From an uncultured Actinomycetes bacterium (GTDB lineage: Bacteria; Actinomycetota; UBA4738; JBBDTT01): a stretch of 64,000 nucleotides of DNA. Below the pieces are notes generated by a model. The model had not been told where the DNA came from. It did not search any database and saw only the letters and a list, made by a program, of their open reading frames with translations. Below are positions 42,444 to 52,772 of this stretch, piece after piece. Made by a program: the position numbers and the translations under genes. Every line of letters begins with the position of its first letter. Positions within the stretch are counted from its first letter, which is position 1. Location of the stretch: the NCBI GenBank assembly GCA_963742735.1, contig CAVUMN010000004.1, positions 416,001 to 480,000 on the forward strand. The letters are read 5' to 3'.

Positions 42444-44074
42444 TCACGACGCCGGCCCGGCCTCGGCGGGCCCCGCGGACGCCTGCCGCCGGGTCTCGGT
42501 GCGGCGCTCGGCCTCCAGCCGCTCCAGTGCCACCGAGGAGTGGTCCGCGAACTTCATCGCCGCGGCGAGGGCCCGGTGCCCGGCCACGTTCGCGATCAGC
42601 CGGTGCATCTGCTGGCCGACCCGGCGGTACGACGGGTGGCCCTGGGGGGTGGTTCGCAGCTCGATGAGGTGCATGGCCTCGCGGGCGTTCATCTGCATGG
42701 CGAATCGGATCCGGTAGGCCATCGGCACCGCGTACTGAGCGAGGTCCGGGAACCCCCGTCGCGGATCGCGCCGGCGAGCGAGGCGCCCTCGGCCATGGTG
42801 CGCGTCCAGTCCTGGAGCAGGCCGGCCTCCTCGACCTCGGGGGGGATGTCGTAGCCCTGGTCGGGGGTGAGCCGCTGCCACTGGATCGTGAGCGGGCGGT
42901 GCCGCTGCAGGTCCCGGAAAGCGCCGTAGTCGCACAGGACGTCGAACCGGTAGTCCGACCGCTCGAAGCCTCGTCCCGGCTTGTGCCGGCGGTTCGTGCG
43001 ATCCCCGATCGCGGCGCGAAGGACCGACAGCCGGTCCTCGGCGCCCATCGCCTGGGCCTCGGCCAGCAGGACGGCGTCGGGCAGGTCGGAGTGCTCGTAC
43101 AGGCACGCCGCCACGACCTTCACCTCGCCGTCGGGGTCGAAGTCCGTCAGCTCCACCTCGGGCCCGGCGGCCTCGGCCCGGGCGCCGCCCACCAGGGCCT
43201 CGGCGCGGTCCGACAGTGCGCCGCGCGTGCCCGCCAGGTACCACGACCACTCCCGGCCGCGGCCGGGCATGTCGACGCGCGTGAGGAAGGCGGGGATCAC
43301 CTTGCGGAGCTCCGTCAGCATCATGTCCGCGTACTCGCGGACCTCCTCCAGGGGGTGGGCCCGCATGCGCAGCAGGAGCTGCTCGTAGGACTGCCCCGTC
43401 GCGAAGATCCCCACGTTGCTGGTCGTCGCCGCGGGCAGCAGCCCGCGAAGCGTGTCGCACGCCTTGGCCCGGATCGTCATCCGGTACACGAAGTCCGAGT
43501 CGGCGGCATCCTGCGGGAACCGCTCGCGAAAGAACTCCTGGAGGGGCTCGAGCCATCGGGCGTACGTCTCGAACGCGGTGTCCAGCGTGGCGGCGTAGAC
43601 CTCCGCGTCGGCCCCCTCGAGCTCCGGCGGGACCACGTACCGCCACCGCCCGCCCGGACGGTCGTCGTACGGAACGTAGCGCGTGGACTGCTCCAGGTAG
43701 GCGGCCAGGCGGCCGCGCTCCAGCACCTTCGCGAGCAGCTGAGAGGACTGCTCGCATGCCAGGTGGGCGCCGCCCAGCTGGGCGACGGAGTCGTCGCCGT
43801 ACTCCAGGAAGATCCGCTCGTAGAGCTCCTCCGCCCGCTCCGAGCCGGTCTCGGCTCCGGCCTCGGCCGCGACCGCCTCGGCCTGGCCGGCGAACTCGTC
43901 CAGAAACAGCCGCCGGAGCGACTTGGGCGACCGCGAGTAGCGCGCGAAGAGCGCGCCCTTGACCGTTTCCGGGAGGTTGACCAGGGCGAAGACCGGGCCG
44001 TCCAGGTTGCTGAAGTGCGGCGCGAGGATCTCGCGCTCCTGGTCGGTGAACGTCTCCTGCACGTAGTCGATCAC
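42444..44074 (-). CDS. thyX: FAD-dependent thymidylate synthase (long two-domain type), frameshifted near 42755
   Basis: GALFARYSRS, YGDDSVAQL, YLEQSTRY, DYGAFRDLQRHR. The C-terminus NAREAMHLIELRTTPQGHPSYR lies in the adjacent frame. Confidence 0.88.
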
Positions 44075-44109
44075 GGCGCCCGCCATGGTACTGGGCGCCA
44101 CCGGCCCGG

Positions 44110-45795
44110 CTACGGCGGGGGGCTCTCGGTCGGGGACTCCGTGGGCGTGGGGGACTCGTCCTGGCTCTGGATCGTGATGTTGACCGCCGTGCCGGGAGGG
44201 ACCTCGTTGCCGGGGCCCGGGTCCTGGGTGCACACGGTCCCGGGGCTCTGCGGCGGGATGCAGAAGGCCTCGGTGATGCTGCCGAGCGCCAGGCCCTCCC
44301 CCTCCAGGGTCGCCCGGGCCTGGTCGACCGTCATGCCGGTGAGGTCGGGGACCTCCGCGGTCTCCGCGCCCTGAGACACGGTGAGCTGCACGGAGGAGCC
44401 CTCGTCCCGCTTCGCGCCCGGCGGGGGATCCTGCTCGAAGACGATGCCCTCCTCGAACTCGTCGTTGAACTGCCGGTCGACGAACACCACGAACCCGAGG
44501 TCCTCGAGCTGCTCCCGGGCCTCGTCCACGGGCAGGTCGATCACGCGCGGGACCAACACCTGCTGCGCCCCTCGCGAGATGGTCACCTCGAGCTTCGAGC
44601 CCTTGTCGACGAGGTCGCCCGGGCCGGGGTCCTGCTCCAGGACCGTTCCCCCCGGCCGGTCGCTGATCTCTCGGCCGACGATCTCCACGGTCAGGCCCTT
44701 GTCCTCGGCGAGCGTCCGGCAGGCGGAGATCGGCAGGCCCTCGCAGTTCGGCGCCGCCACCTGCGCCTCGGTCCCGAGGATGTTGGTGACCAGGAACCAC
44801 AGGCCGCCCCCGAGCAGGGCGAGCAGCAGGACCACGAGCGCCACGATCACGGCGGTGCGTCCGGGCCGGCGCTCCTCCTCGTCGCGCTGCGCGGGCATGA
44901 CCATCGTCTCCCGGGTTTGCCGCGTCACGACCTCGGTCGCGTCGGGCGGCAGGAGCGGCGTGGCCTCCACCGGCCGTCCCGCCAGGAACCGTGACACGTC
45001 GGCGCGCAGGTCCGCCGCGCTCGAGTAGCGGTTCTCCGGGTTCTTGGCCATCGCCTTGAGGACGATGCGCTCCAGGGGCTCGGAGACGTCACGGTTCAGC
45101 AGCGACGGCCGAACCGGCTCCTCGCGCACGTGCTTGTAGGCGACCGCCACCGGGCTCTCGCCCTCGAACGGGGGGCGGCCGGTCAGGATCTCGTAGAGCA
45201 CGACGCCCAGCGAGTACAGGTCGCTGCGAGCGTCGACCGTCTCCCCCTGAGCCTGCTCGGGGGAGAGGTAGGTGGCCGTCCCGAGGACCGTGGCCGTCTG
45301 GGTCAGCGACTCGCCCGCCGTGGCCCGGGCGATGCCGAAGTCCATGACCTTCACGTCGCCGGAGGGGGTGATCATGATGTTGCCGGGCTTGACGTCGCGG
45401 TGGACGATCCCCCGCTCGTGGGCGAAGGCCAGCGCGGAGGCGACGGCCTCCGCGATCTCCGCCGCGCGCTCGGGGAGCAGCGGCCCGTCGGCCAGGACGT
45501 CGCGCAGCGTCCGCCCCTCCACGAGCTCCATCACGATGTAGTGGGTGCCGTCATCCGAGCCGGTGTCGAAGACGTTGACGATGTTCGGGTGGTTCATCGC
45601 CGCCGCGGACTGGGCCTCCCGGCGGAACCGCTCGACGAAGGTCGCGTCGTTCGCGTAGCGGGGAGCGAGGACCTTGACGGCCACCGGCCGCCCCAAGACG
45701 GTGTCGATGGCCCGGTACACCGTGGCCATGCCGCCCTCGCCGAGGGTGTCCTCGATCTCGTAGCGGCCTCCCAGGGTTCGTTTGGCGGCGCTCAA
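44110..45795 (-). CDS. pknB: Ser/Thr protein kinase with PASTA domains PknB
   Basis: LGEGGMATV, HRDVKPGN, DFGIARA, GTATYLSPEQA, one TM segment, three PASTA repeats. TTG start. Confidence 0.95.
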   Translation of the reverse strand: MSAAKRTLGGRYEIEDTLGEGGMATVYRAIDTVLGRPVAVKVLAPRYANDATFVERFRREAQSAAAMNHPNIVNVFDTGSDDGTHYIVMELVEGRTLRDVLADGPLLPERAAEIAEAVASALAFAHERGIVHRDVKPGNIMITPSGDVKVMDFGIARATAGESLTQTATVLGTATYLSPEQAQGETVDARSDLYSLGVVLYEILTGRPPFEGESPVAVAYKHVREEPVRPSLLNRDVSEPLERIVLKAMAKNPENRYSSAADLRADVSRFLAGRPVEATPLLPPDATEVVTRQTRETMVMPAQRDEEERRPGRTAVIVALVVLLLALLGGGLWFLVTNILGTEAQVAAPNCEGLPISACRTLAEDKGLTVEIVGREISDRPGGTVLEQDPGPGDLVDKGSKLEVTISRGAQQVLVPRVIDLPVDEAREQLEDLGFVVFVDRQFNDEFEEGIVFEQDPPPGAKRDEGSSVQLTVSQGAETAEVPDLTGMTVDQARATLEGEGLALGSITEAFCIPPQSPGTVCTQDPGPGNEVPPGTAVNITIQSQDESPTPTESPTESPPP

Positions 45796-47243
45796 TCGTC
45801 GTCCTTGTCCTTGTCCTTGCCGTGACCGGGCTCCGCGAAGAACACGGTGACTTCGGTGCCTCGAGGCACCTCCTCGCCGGCGGCAGGATCGCTCCCCACG
45901 ATACCGGGCTCGCCCCGGACCTCGACGAACTCCTTGAAGGCCAGGCCCGCCTCGTGCAACAGAGCCAGGAGCTCCTCCTGGCTCTCGGCCCCGGTGACGT
46001 CGGGGACGGTCACCAGCTCGGGGCCCAAGGACAGGACCAGCGTGACCGTCGTGTCGCGGGCGACCAGCGTCCCCGCCTCGACGGACTGGCTGACGACGCG
46101 CCCCGTCTGGTGGGTGTCGTCGTGGGCCTCCGTGAACAGGAGCTGCAGGCCGGCGGCGCGGGCCGCGTCCTGGGCCGCCACGCGTCCCATGCCCTCGAAG
46201 CTGGGGACCTCGACGCGCGCCGGTGGCGAGGAGGCGCTGCGGACCACGGCGACGACCGCGCCGATCAGCGCCAGCGACAGGACGATCGGCACCAGCCACG
46301 GCCACGGGCCGCGTCCCCGGCGGTGGCCGGCCGCCCGGTGCGGCGGCGGGGGCGGCTCGATCGGCAGGACCGCCGTCGCGTCCCGGGGAATGGCGACGGT
46401 CGCCTCGGGCTCGGCCGGGGAGGGTGCGGCGCGCAGGTCGGCCGCCAGGCCGGCGGCCGAGGGCGGGCGCCGGGCCGGGTCCTTCTCGAGGCATCGGTCG
46501 ACGAGGGCCGCCAGGACCGGCGGGATGTCGGCGCGGACGTCGCGGACCGGACGAGGGGGCTGGCTGACGTGGGCCATCGCGGTGGCCACGGGCGTCTCCA
46601 GGTCGAACGGCGGCGCGCCGGTGAGCATCTCGTACAGCAGGATTCCCAGCGCGTAGACGTCCGAGGCCGGCGTGGCGCGCTCCCCCCGGGCCTGCTCGGG
46701 GGAGAGGTACCGGGCGGTGCCGACCACGGTGCCGGTCGCGGTGAGGTTCGCCGACATCGACGACGACGCGATGCCGAAGTCCATGACCTTCACCGGGCCC
46801 CGCGCGGAGAGCATCACGTTCGCCGGCTTGATGTCGCGGTGCACGACGTCCCCGGCGTGGGCCTCCGCCAGGGCGTCCGCCACGTGGGCGGCGATCTCCG
46901 CGGCCTCGGCGGGCGCCAGCGGGCCCGAACGGGCAAGCCGATCGGCCACCGTCTCGCCGTCGACGAGCTCCATCACGATGTACGGCCGGGAGCCCTCGTC
47001 GCCGTAGTCGAAGACCCCGGCCAGGTTGGGGTGCGACAGGCCGGCCGCGGCCCTGGCCTCGCGCCGGAACCGCTCGATGAAGCGCGGGTCGTCCGCGAGG
47101 CCCTCGTTGAGGATCTTGACCGCGACGCGGCGGCCGAGCGTCTCGTCCTCGGCCGCCCACACCGTGCCCATGCCGCCCGACGCGAGCTCCTCCCGCAGCC
47201 GGTACCGGCCCCCGAGGACGACGTCAACCTCGGGCCGATTCAT
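45792..47243 (-). CDS. pknA: Ser/Thr protein kinase (PknA position) with TM and PASTA-like domains
   Basis: ASGGMGTVW, HRDIKPAN, DFGIA, GTARYLSPEQA, VEVPSFEG and VTVPDVTG repeats. Confidence 0.88.
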   Translation of the reverse strand: MNRPEVDVVLGGRYRLREELASGGMGTVWAAEDETLGRRVAVKILNEGLADDPRFIERFRREARAAAGLSHPNLAGVFDYGDEGSRPYIVMELVDGETVADRLARSGPLAPAEAAEIAAHVADALAEAHAGDVVHRDIKPANVMLSARGPVKVMDFGIASSSMSANLTATGTVVGTARYLSPEQARGERATPASDVYALGILLYEMLTGAPPFDLETPVATAMAHVSQPPRPVRDVRADIPPVLAALVDRCLEKDPARRPPSAAGLAADLRAAPSPAEPEATVAIPRDATAVLPIEPPPPPHRAAGHRRGRGPWPWLVPIVLSLALIGAVVAVVRSASSPPARVEVPSFEGMGRVAAQDAARAAGLQLLFTEAHDDTHQTGRVVSQSVEAGTLVARDTTVTLVLSLGPELVTVPDVTGAESQEELLALLHEAGLAFKEFVEVRGEPGIVGSDPAAGEEVPRGTEVTVFFAEPGHGKDKDKDDD

Positions 47244-48730
47244 GCCCCGGCCCCCAGCGCGGCCTGGATCACCGCCTTCGCGATCGGCGCCGCCACCGCT
47301 CCGCCCGTCGCCTCGTTGCCGAGGTCGCCGCCGTCGAGGACGACCACCGCCACCGCGATGCGTGGGCTCTCCGCGGGGGCGAACGAGACGAACCACGCGT
47401 GGGGAGCACGGTCCCCGCCCTGTTGGGCCGTCCCGGTCTTGCCAGCCACGGAGATCCCGGGGATCTGGGCGGCGGTCCCGGTCCCCGCCTCGACCACCGA
47501 GACCATCATCTGGGTCATCTGCTGGGCGCTCAGCTCGGAGAGCGCCTGACCGACCTCCTCGGGGCCGAAGGAGCGGACGATGCTGCCCGAAGCGTCGCGA
47601 ATCTCCAGGACGAACTGGGGGGCCATCAGCGTCCCCCCGTTACCGATCGCTCCGGCCACCAGCGCCATGTGCAGGGGGTTGGTCTTCACGCTGCCCTGTC
47701 CGATGGCGGAGTTGGCGACGTCGGCCACGCGGTCCTCGAAGTACTCGGGCGGCGGGATCGTCCCCTCCGCGAATTCGATCGACGAGGGGATGTCCTGGTT
47801 GAACCCGAAGCGCTCCGTCTGCGCGACCAGCCGCTCGGCCCCGAGCGTGTCACCGATCGCGGCGAAGGTGACGTTGCAGGAGATCTGCAGGGCCTGGGCA
47901 AGGGTGATCTTCGCCGCGCCGCCCAGACAGTGGCCGCCGCCGAAGTTCGGGATCGTGTTGTCGCTTTCCGGCAGGTCGAACACCAGCGGGTTGTCCCACA
48001 ACGAGTCGGGCCCGTAGCCGTTCTCCAGCGCGGCTGAGGCCGTGATCACCTTGAACGTCGAGCCCGGCGGAAACAGCTCCTGGGCGGCGTTCGAGATCAG
48101 GGGCTTCTGGCCGAACGTGTCGACGTCCAGTTGCTCGAACGCGGCCCGGGCCGCCGTCGCGTCGTGGGTGGCGAGCGGGTTGGGGTCGTAGGACGGGTTG
48201 GCCACCAGGGCCAGCACCTGGCCGGTCCGCGGGTCGATCGCCGCGACCGCCCCTCGCCGCGCGCCGAGGGCCTCGGCCGCGATCCGCTGGAGCCTGGGGG
48301 CGATCGTGGTCACCACCGCCGCGCCGCGGCGGTCCTCGCCCCGGACCTCGTCGATGAACCGCTGGGGCAGGAGCTCGTCGGCGCTGCCGGCCAGGTAGTC
48401 GTTGAAGGTCCGTTCGAGTCCCGAACGGCCCGAGACGATCGAGTAGAACCCGGTGATGTGGCCGTACAGCGAGCCGCCCGGATAGGTGCGCAGGTACTTG
48501 AACTCGTCGTCGGGGGTCGACAGCACGCTCCTGGCCAGGATCGTCTTGTCGTCCCGGGCGCGGATGTCGCCTCGGTGGACGTCGTACTCCGCGATCAGGA
48601 GCCGCTTGGCGTTCCCCGGGTGGTTGGCGAGCTCGTCGGCCGCGTAGACCTGGATGTAGTTGATCTGGACGAACAGGGCCAGGAACAGCACGAGCAGCGC
48701 CGCCCCGAGCCGCCGGATCTGACGGTCCAT
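47240..48730 (-). CDS. pbpA: Class B penicillin-binding protein PbpA
   Basis: PGSTFK, SCN and KTGT motifs. Confidence 0.93.
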   Translation of the reverse strand: MDRQIRRLGAALLVLFLALFVQINYIQVYAADELANHPGNAKRLLIAEYDVHRGDIRARDDKTILARSVLSTPDDEFKYLRTYPGGSLYGHITGFYSIVSGRSGLERTFNDYLAGSADELLPQRFIDEVRGEDRRGAAVVTTIAPRLQRIAAEALGARRGAVAAIDPRTGQVLALVANPSYDPNPLATHDATAARAAFEQLDVDTFGQKPLISNAAQELFPPGSTFKVITASAALENGYGPDSLWDNPLVFDLPESDNTIPNFGGGHCLGGAAKITLAQALQISCNVTFAAIGDTLGAERLVAQTERFGFNQDIPSSIEFAEGTIPPPEYFEDRVADVANSAIGQGSVKTNPLHMALVAGAIGNGGTLMAPQFVLEIRDASGSIVRSFGPEEVGQALSELSAQQMTQMMVSVVEAGTGTAAQIPGISVAGKTGTAQQGGDRAPHAWFVSFAPAESPRIAVAVVVLDGGDLGNEATGGAVAAPIAKAVIQAALGAGA

Positions 48731-50055
48731 CAGGTCTTCGCCTCCGCGGGGGGCGTGGCGGCGGACACCCTGGCCAGCAGGGCCAGGAGCGCGAAGTTCG
48801 CCACCAGGCTGGAGCCGCCGTAGGACACGAAGGGCAGGGTGATCCCGGTGAGGGGGATCAGCCGCGTCACCCCGCCGACGATCACGAACGTCTGGACCGC
48901 GAGGCTCGTGGACAGGCCCACCGCCAACAGCTTGCCGAACCCGTCGTCGCGGCGGACCGCGGTGCGGAAGCCCCGGACGACCAGGGTGAGAAACAGCAGC
49001 AGCGTGGCGACGGTCCCCAGAAGCCCGAGCTCCTCCCCGATCGCGGAGAAGATGAAGTCGGTGAACGCGAACGGGATCAGGTACGGCGCGCCCTGTCCGA
49101 GGCCCGTGCCCAGGGTCCCCCCCGTCGCCAGCGCGAAGATCGACTGCGCCAGCTGGCTGGCTCCCTCCTCGGCCACCCGGGCCTGATCGAGGGCGTGCAG
49201 CCACAGGTCCACGCGGTCCTGGACGTGCGCGAACGCGAACCACCCCACCACCGCGCCGATCGCGAACAGCACGAGCCCGGCCACCAGGTACGTCCCCCGC
49301 GCGGTGGCCACGTAGAGCATGACCACGAAGATCGCGAAGAACAGCAGCGAGGAGCCCAGGTCCTTCTCGAGGAACAGGATGGCCAGCGACACCGCCCAGG
49401 CGACCAGCAGCGGCCCGAGATGCTTCGGCTCCGGCAGCTGGAAGGGGCCCAGCTTTCGCGTGGCGATGGCCAGCAGCTCCTTCTTCGCGTTCAGGTACGA
49501 GGCCAGGAAGATGACGATGAGGACCTTGCCGATCTCGGCCGGCTGGAAGCTGAGCGGGCCGATCTCGAACCACAGCCGTGCGCCGTTGATCGTGCGCCCC
49601 CCGATCGGCCCCACGCTGGGCATGATCGGCAGGAGCAGGAAGATGATCCCGAGCAGCCCGATCGTGTAGGTGAACTGGTCGAGGGACTGGTGCTCGCGGA
49701 CCACGGCAACCACCACGACGAACACGATCAGGCCGAGCGCGAGCCAGCCGGCCTGCTCAGCGGCCAGGTCCGCGTTGAGCCGGAAGATCACGGCGAACCC
49801 GATGCCGGCCAGGAGCCCGGCGGTGGGGAGCAGCACCGGGTCGGCGAGCGGCGCGTACCGTCGGAGCACCAGGTGCGCGGCGAGGTATCCAATCGCGAAC
49901 AGCAGCCCGTTCGCGAGCAGGGAGGGCGGGAAGGCTCCGTCGCGGCCGTAGCCGACCATGAGGTACGCCCCGATCGGCAGGAGGACCGCGAATACCAGCA
50001 GCCCGAGCTCCGCTCGGCGCATGGACCGCGCCTGGCGAAGGAGCCCCGCGTCCAT
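48730..50055 (-). CDS. rodA: SEDS family protein RodA/FtsW
   Basis: FQPAEIGK, KDLGS, TDFIFSAIGEELG, PLTGITLPFVSYGGSS. Confidence 0.94.
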   Translation of the reverse strand: MDAGLLRQARSMRRAELGLLVFAVLLPIGAYLMVGYGRDGAFPPSLLANGLLFAIGYLAAHLVLRRYAPLADPVLLPTAGLLAGIGFAVIFRLNADLAAEQAGWLALGLIVFVVVVAVVREHQSLDQFTYTIGLLGIIFLLLPIMPSVGPIGGRTINGARLWFEIGPLSFQPAEIGKVLIVIFLASYLNAKKELLAIATRKLGPFQLPEPKHLGPLLVAWAVSLAILFLEKDLGSSLLFFAIFVVMLYVATARGTYLVAGLVLFAIGAVVGWFAFAHVQDRVDLWLHALDQARVAEEGASQLAQSIFALATGGTLGTGLGQGAPYLIPFAFTDFIFSAIGEELGLLGTVATLLLFLTLVVRGFRTAVRRDDGFGKLLAVGLSTSLAVQTFVIVGGVTRLIPLTGITLPFVSYGGSSLVANFALLALLARVSAATPPAEAKT

Positions 50056-51314
50056 CAGCCGCTCCCGGCTGGAGAGGGGGTCCGGCTCGGGGTGGGCGTC
50101 GCGTCCGGTGGGGCGGGCGGGGGGTTCTCGCGCTCGATGTCCGCGCGGATCTGTTCGATCACGCGGTGTGCCTCGGCCTCGTCGGCGACGCCGATGCCCT
50201 CCTCGAGGCCGGCCCACGAGCCGAGCTCCTCCGCTCGGGCCGCGGAGATGTCGGTTTCCTCCGCCACCGAGGACAGGCGGATGCCGAGGGGCTCGTCGGG
50301 GAGGCCCTGGAAGATCGCCACCCGGCCCTCGTGGACGCCGACGTACCACATGGTGTCCAGCAGGAGCTTGGTCCCCACCCCGGCGGCCACCAGCACAAGC
50401 AGGAGGACGCCCACGCGAAGCGGCCAGCGCCGACGGCGGGAGCCTCTGTCCTCCGCCGACCCCGTCCAGTCCGCGTCCTTGCCCACGGGTTCGCCCGGCG
50501 GCAGGTCCTCCATCAGGGTGTCGTCCGCGCCGGGGGCCGTCTCGCCGGGCTCGCGTGGCTCGATGGGGGCGACGGCCGGAACCGCCGCCGTCGGGAGGCC
50601 GTCCGCGTCACCATCTCCCGCGAGATCCAGGACCACCGTCGTGATGTTGTCCTGCCCGCCGGCCTCGTTCGCCGCGGCGATCAGCGCCTCCGCAGCGGCC
50701 TGCGGGTCGGGTGTCTCGGCGAGGATCTCGGCGATGCGGTCCTCGCCGATCATCGACGTGAGCCCGTCGGTGCACAGCAGGATCCGGTCGCCCGGCCGAA
50801 GCTCGACGGTGAAGTCGTCGACGTCGACCTCCGCGTCCACGCCGAGCGCGCGGGTGAGGATGCTGCGCTGCGGGTGATGGTCTGCCTCGTCGCGGGTGAG
50901 CTTGCCTTCGCGGACCATCCGCTGCACGAGCGTGTGATCCTCGGTGATCATCGACAGCTCGCCGTCCCGGAACAGGTACGCCCGGGAGTCGCCGACGTGG
51001 GCCAGCCGGGCCTCCTCGCCTTCGAACCACAACGCGGTGAGGGTCGTGCCCATGCCCTCCAGCTCCGCGTCCTCGGACGCGTGCTGGTGCACGACCCGGT
51101 TCGCGGCGCGCACCCGGTCGGACAGGCTGTGGGCGTCCTCGTCCGGCGCGACCTCCGCCAGGGTCTCCAGGGCCATGTTGCTGGCGACCTCGCCCGCCCG
51201 ATGGCCCCCCATGCCGTCGGCCACCGCGAACAGTGGCTCCTTGGTCAGGTAGCCGTCCTCGTTGCCCTCGCGGGTCCGCCCGACGTCGGTGGAGGCCCCG
51301 ACCGTGACGTTCAC
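50055..51314 (-). CDS. pstP: PP2C-type Ser/Thr phosphatase
   Basis: TDVGRTREGNED, VADGMGGH, LCTDGL, GGQDNIT, one TM segment. Confidence 0.94.
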   Translation of the reverse strand: MNVTVGASTDVGRTREGNEDGYLTKEPLFAVADGMGGHRAGEVASNMALETLAEVAPDEDAHSLSDRVRAANRVVHQHASEDAELEGMGTTLTALWFEGEEARLAHVGDSRAYLFRDGELSMITEDHTLVQRMVREGKLTRDEADHHPQRSILTRALGVDAEVDVDDFTVELRPGDRILLCTDGLTSMIGEDRIAEILAETPDPQAAAEALIAAANEAGGQDNITTVVLDLAGDGDADGLPTAAVPAVAPIEPREPGETAPGADDTLMEDLPPGEPVGKDADWTGSAEDRGSRRRRWPLRVGVLLLVLVAAGVGTKLLLDTMWYVGVHEGRVAIFQGLPDEPLGIRLSSVAEETDISAARAEELGSWAGLEEGIGVADEAEAHRVIEQIRADIERENPPPAPPDATPTPSRTPSPAGSG

Positions 51315-51775
51315 TTGCGGAGCTCCAGGATCGCCTTGCCCACCTTGATCCGGTCGCCGGCACCGATCGGCGTCGGGCCGGTGACCTTCCGCCCGTTCAC
51401 GTAGGTCCCGTTGGTCGAGCCGAGGTCCTCGACGTGCCAGGCCCCGTTGCGCTCGGAGATCCGGGCGTGGAACTGGGAGGCGTACGTGTCGTCCAGGCGG
51501 ATCTGGCACGCCTCGGCGCGGCCGATCTGGATGGTTCCGTTCAGCCGGTGGGTGGCGGCCTTCTTGCCGTTCTCGTTCAGGACCACGATCGAACCCGCCT
51601 CGCGGGGCCGGCGCGTCCCCCTCCCGGGCTTCGCGGCGGGCGCCGCCTTGCCCCTCGACCTGGGTTCGGGCCGCCCCCGGACCTCGTCGATCCCCACGCG
51701 GATCGCTCGGTAGACGAAGAAGTAGAGCAGGGCCAGGAAGGCGATCTTCATGACCGTCAGCACGAACGGCGTCAC
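51311..51775 (-). CDS. fhaB: FHA domain protein FhaB/FipA
   Basis: N-terminal TM segment, IGR...SQFHA...DLGSTNGT. Confidence 0.92.
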   Translation of the reverse strand: MTPFVLTVMKIAFLALLYFFVYRAIRVGIDEVRGRPEPRSRGKAAPAAKPGRGTRRPREAGSIVVLNENGKKAATHRLNGTIQIGRAEACQIRLDDTYASQFHARISERNGAWHVEDLGSTNGTYVNGRKVTGPTPIGAGDRIKVGKAILELRK

Positions 51776-51782
51776 CGCTCGG

Positions 51783-52511
51783 TCAACCCCTGCGGAACTC
51801 GAGGACGGTGCGGCCGATCGTGATGCGGTCGCCCTCCTCGAGCTCCTGCTCGCCGATCGTGGACTCGTTGACCAGCGTGCCGTTCGTGGAGCCGAGGTCG
51901 GCCACCACCACGCGGCCGCCCTCCCGGCGGACCTCGGCGTGCTTCCGGCTCGCTCCCGGATCGGTCAGCACGATGTCGCATTCCGTCATGCGCCCGATCG
52001 TGATCGTGTCCTTGTCCAGTGGGTACGTGGTCAGGGGCTTTCCGTCCTCGAGCAGGACGAGCTCACCTCGGCCGGCGGGCACCGCGGCCATCTCGCCCGA
52101 GGCGGGGAGGTACGCGGTGTGCTCGCCGCTCTTGACGTCCTCGGCCTGGACCAGCTGGGCCTCGCATCGGAACTGGCCCCGTCCGAGCCCCGCATCGGTG
52201 TCGAACGTGACCTCCGGCGGGCCGAGCAGGCCCCAGCCCCGTTCGCGGGCGGCCTCGACCACGACGCCCTGGAGCTCCTTGGCGAGGGCTCCCTCGATCT
52301 GGGAGAAGTGCTCCCGGTCTTCCTCGGACAGCGTGAACACGTAGGAGTTCGGTACCCACACGTTGTTCACGCCCACCGTCCGCCCGGCCTCCATCTCGCG
52401 GACGATCCGCTTGCCGAGCTCGACGGGCTGCAGGCTGGACTTGAAGGCCTTCCCGAAGAAGCCCTCGACGATGTCTCCCAGGCGGCGCTCGAAGTTCCGA
52501 AGGTTCGGCAT
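51783..52511 (-). CDS. fhaA: DUF3662 plus FHA domain protein FhaA
   Basis: FERRLG...LQPVELGK...VPNSY, IGR...SRKHA...DLGSTNGT. Confidence 0.93.
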   Translation of the reverse strand: MPNLRNFERRLGDIVEGFFGKAFKSSLQPVELGKRIVREMEAGRTVGVNNVWVPNSYVFTLSEEDREHFSQIEGALAKELQGVVVEAARERGWGLLGPPEVTFDTDAGLGRGQFRCEAQLVQAEDVKSGEHTAYLPASGEMAAVPAGRGELVLLEDGKPLTTYPLDKDTITIGRMTECDIVLTDPGASRKHAEVRREGGRVVVADLGSTNGTLVNESTIGEQELEEGDRITIGRTVLEFRRG

Positions 52512-52625
52512 GGTTTGGGGTGGGTACCGGGGCGCCGCGGGGGAAGTGTAGCCCAGCGGCCCGAGCACCAAACCCTCGCCGCCGCTGGCCTCGCGGCGCA
52601 TTCCGTACAATCGATGGGCAACCCC

Positions 52626-52712
52626 GGGCGGGTGGCGGAATTGGTAGACGCGCTAGGTTCAGGACCTAGTCCGGGCAACCGGGTGGGGGTTCAAGTCCCC
52701 CCTCGCCCACCA
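52626..52712 (+). tRNA. tRNA-Leu(CAG)
   Basis: GGGCGGG/CTCGCCC acceptor, anticodon loop TTCAGGA, long variable arm, encoded CCA. Confidence 0.98.
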
Positions 52713-52772
52713 CGACGGCGTCGGGATTGGCCATTCCCGTGCGTCATCGGACCCAGTAGAGTTTGGAAAACC

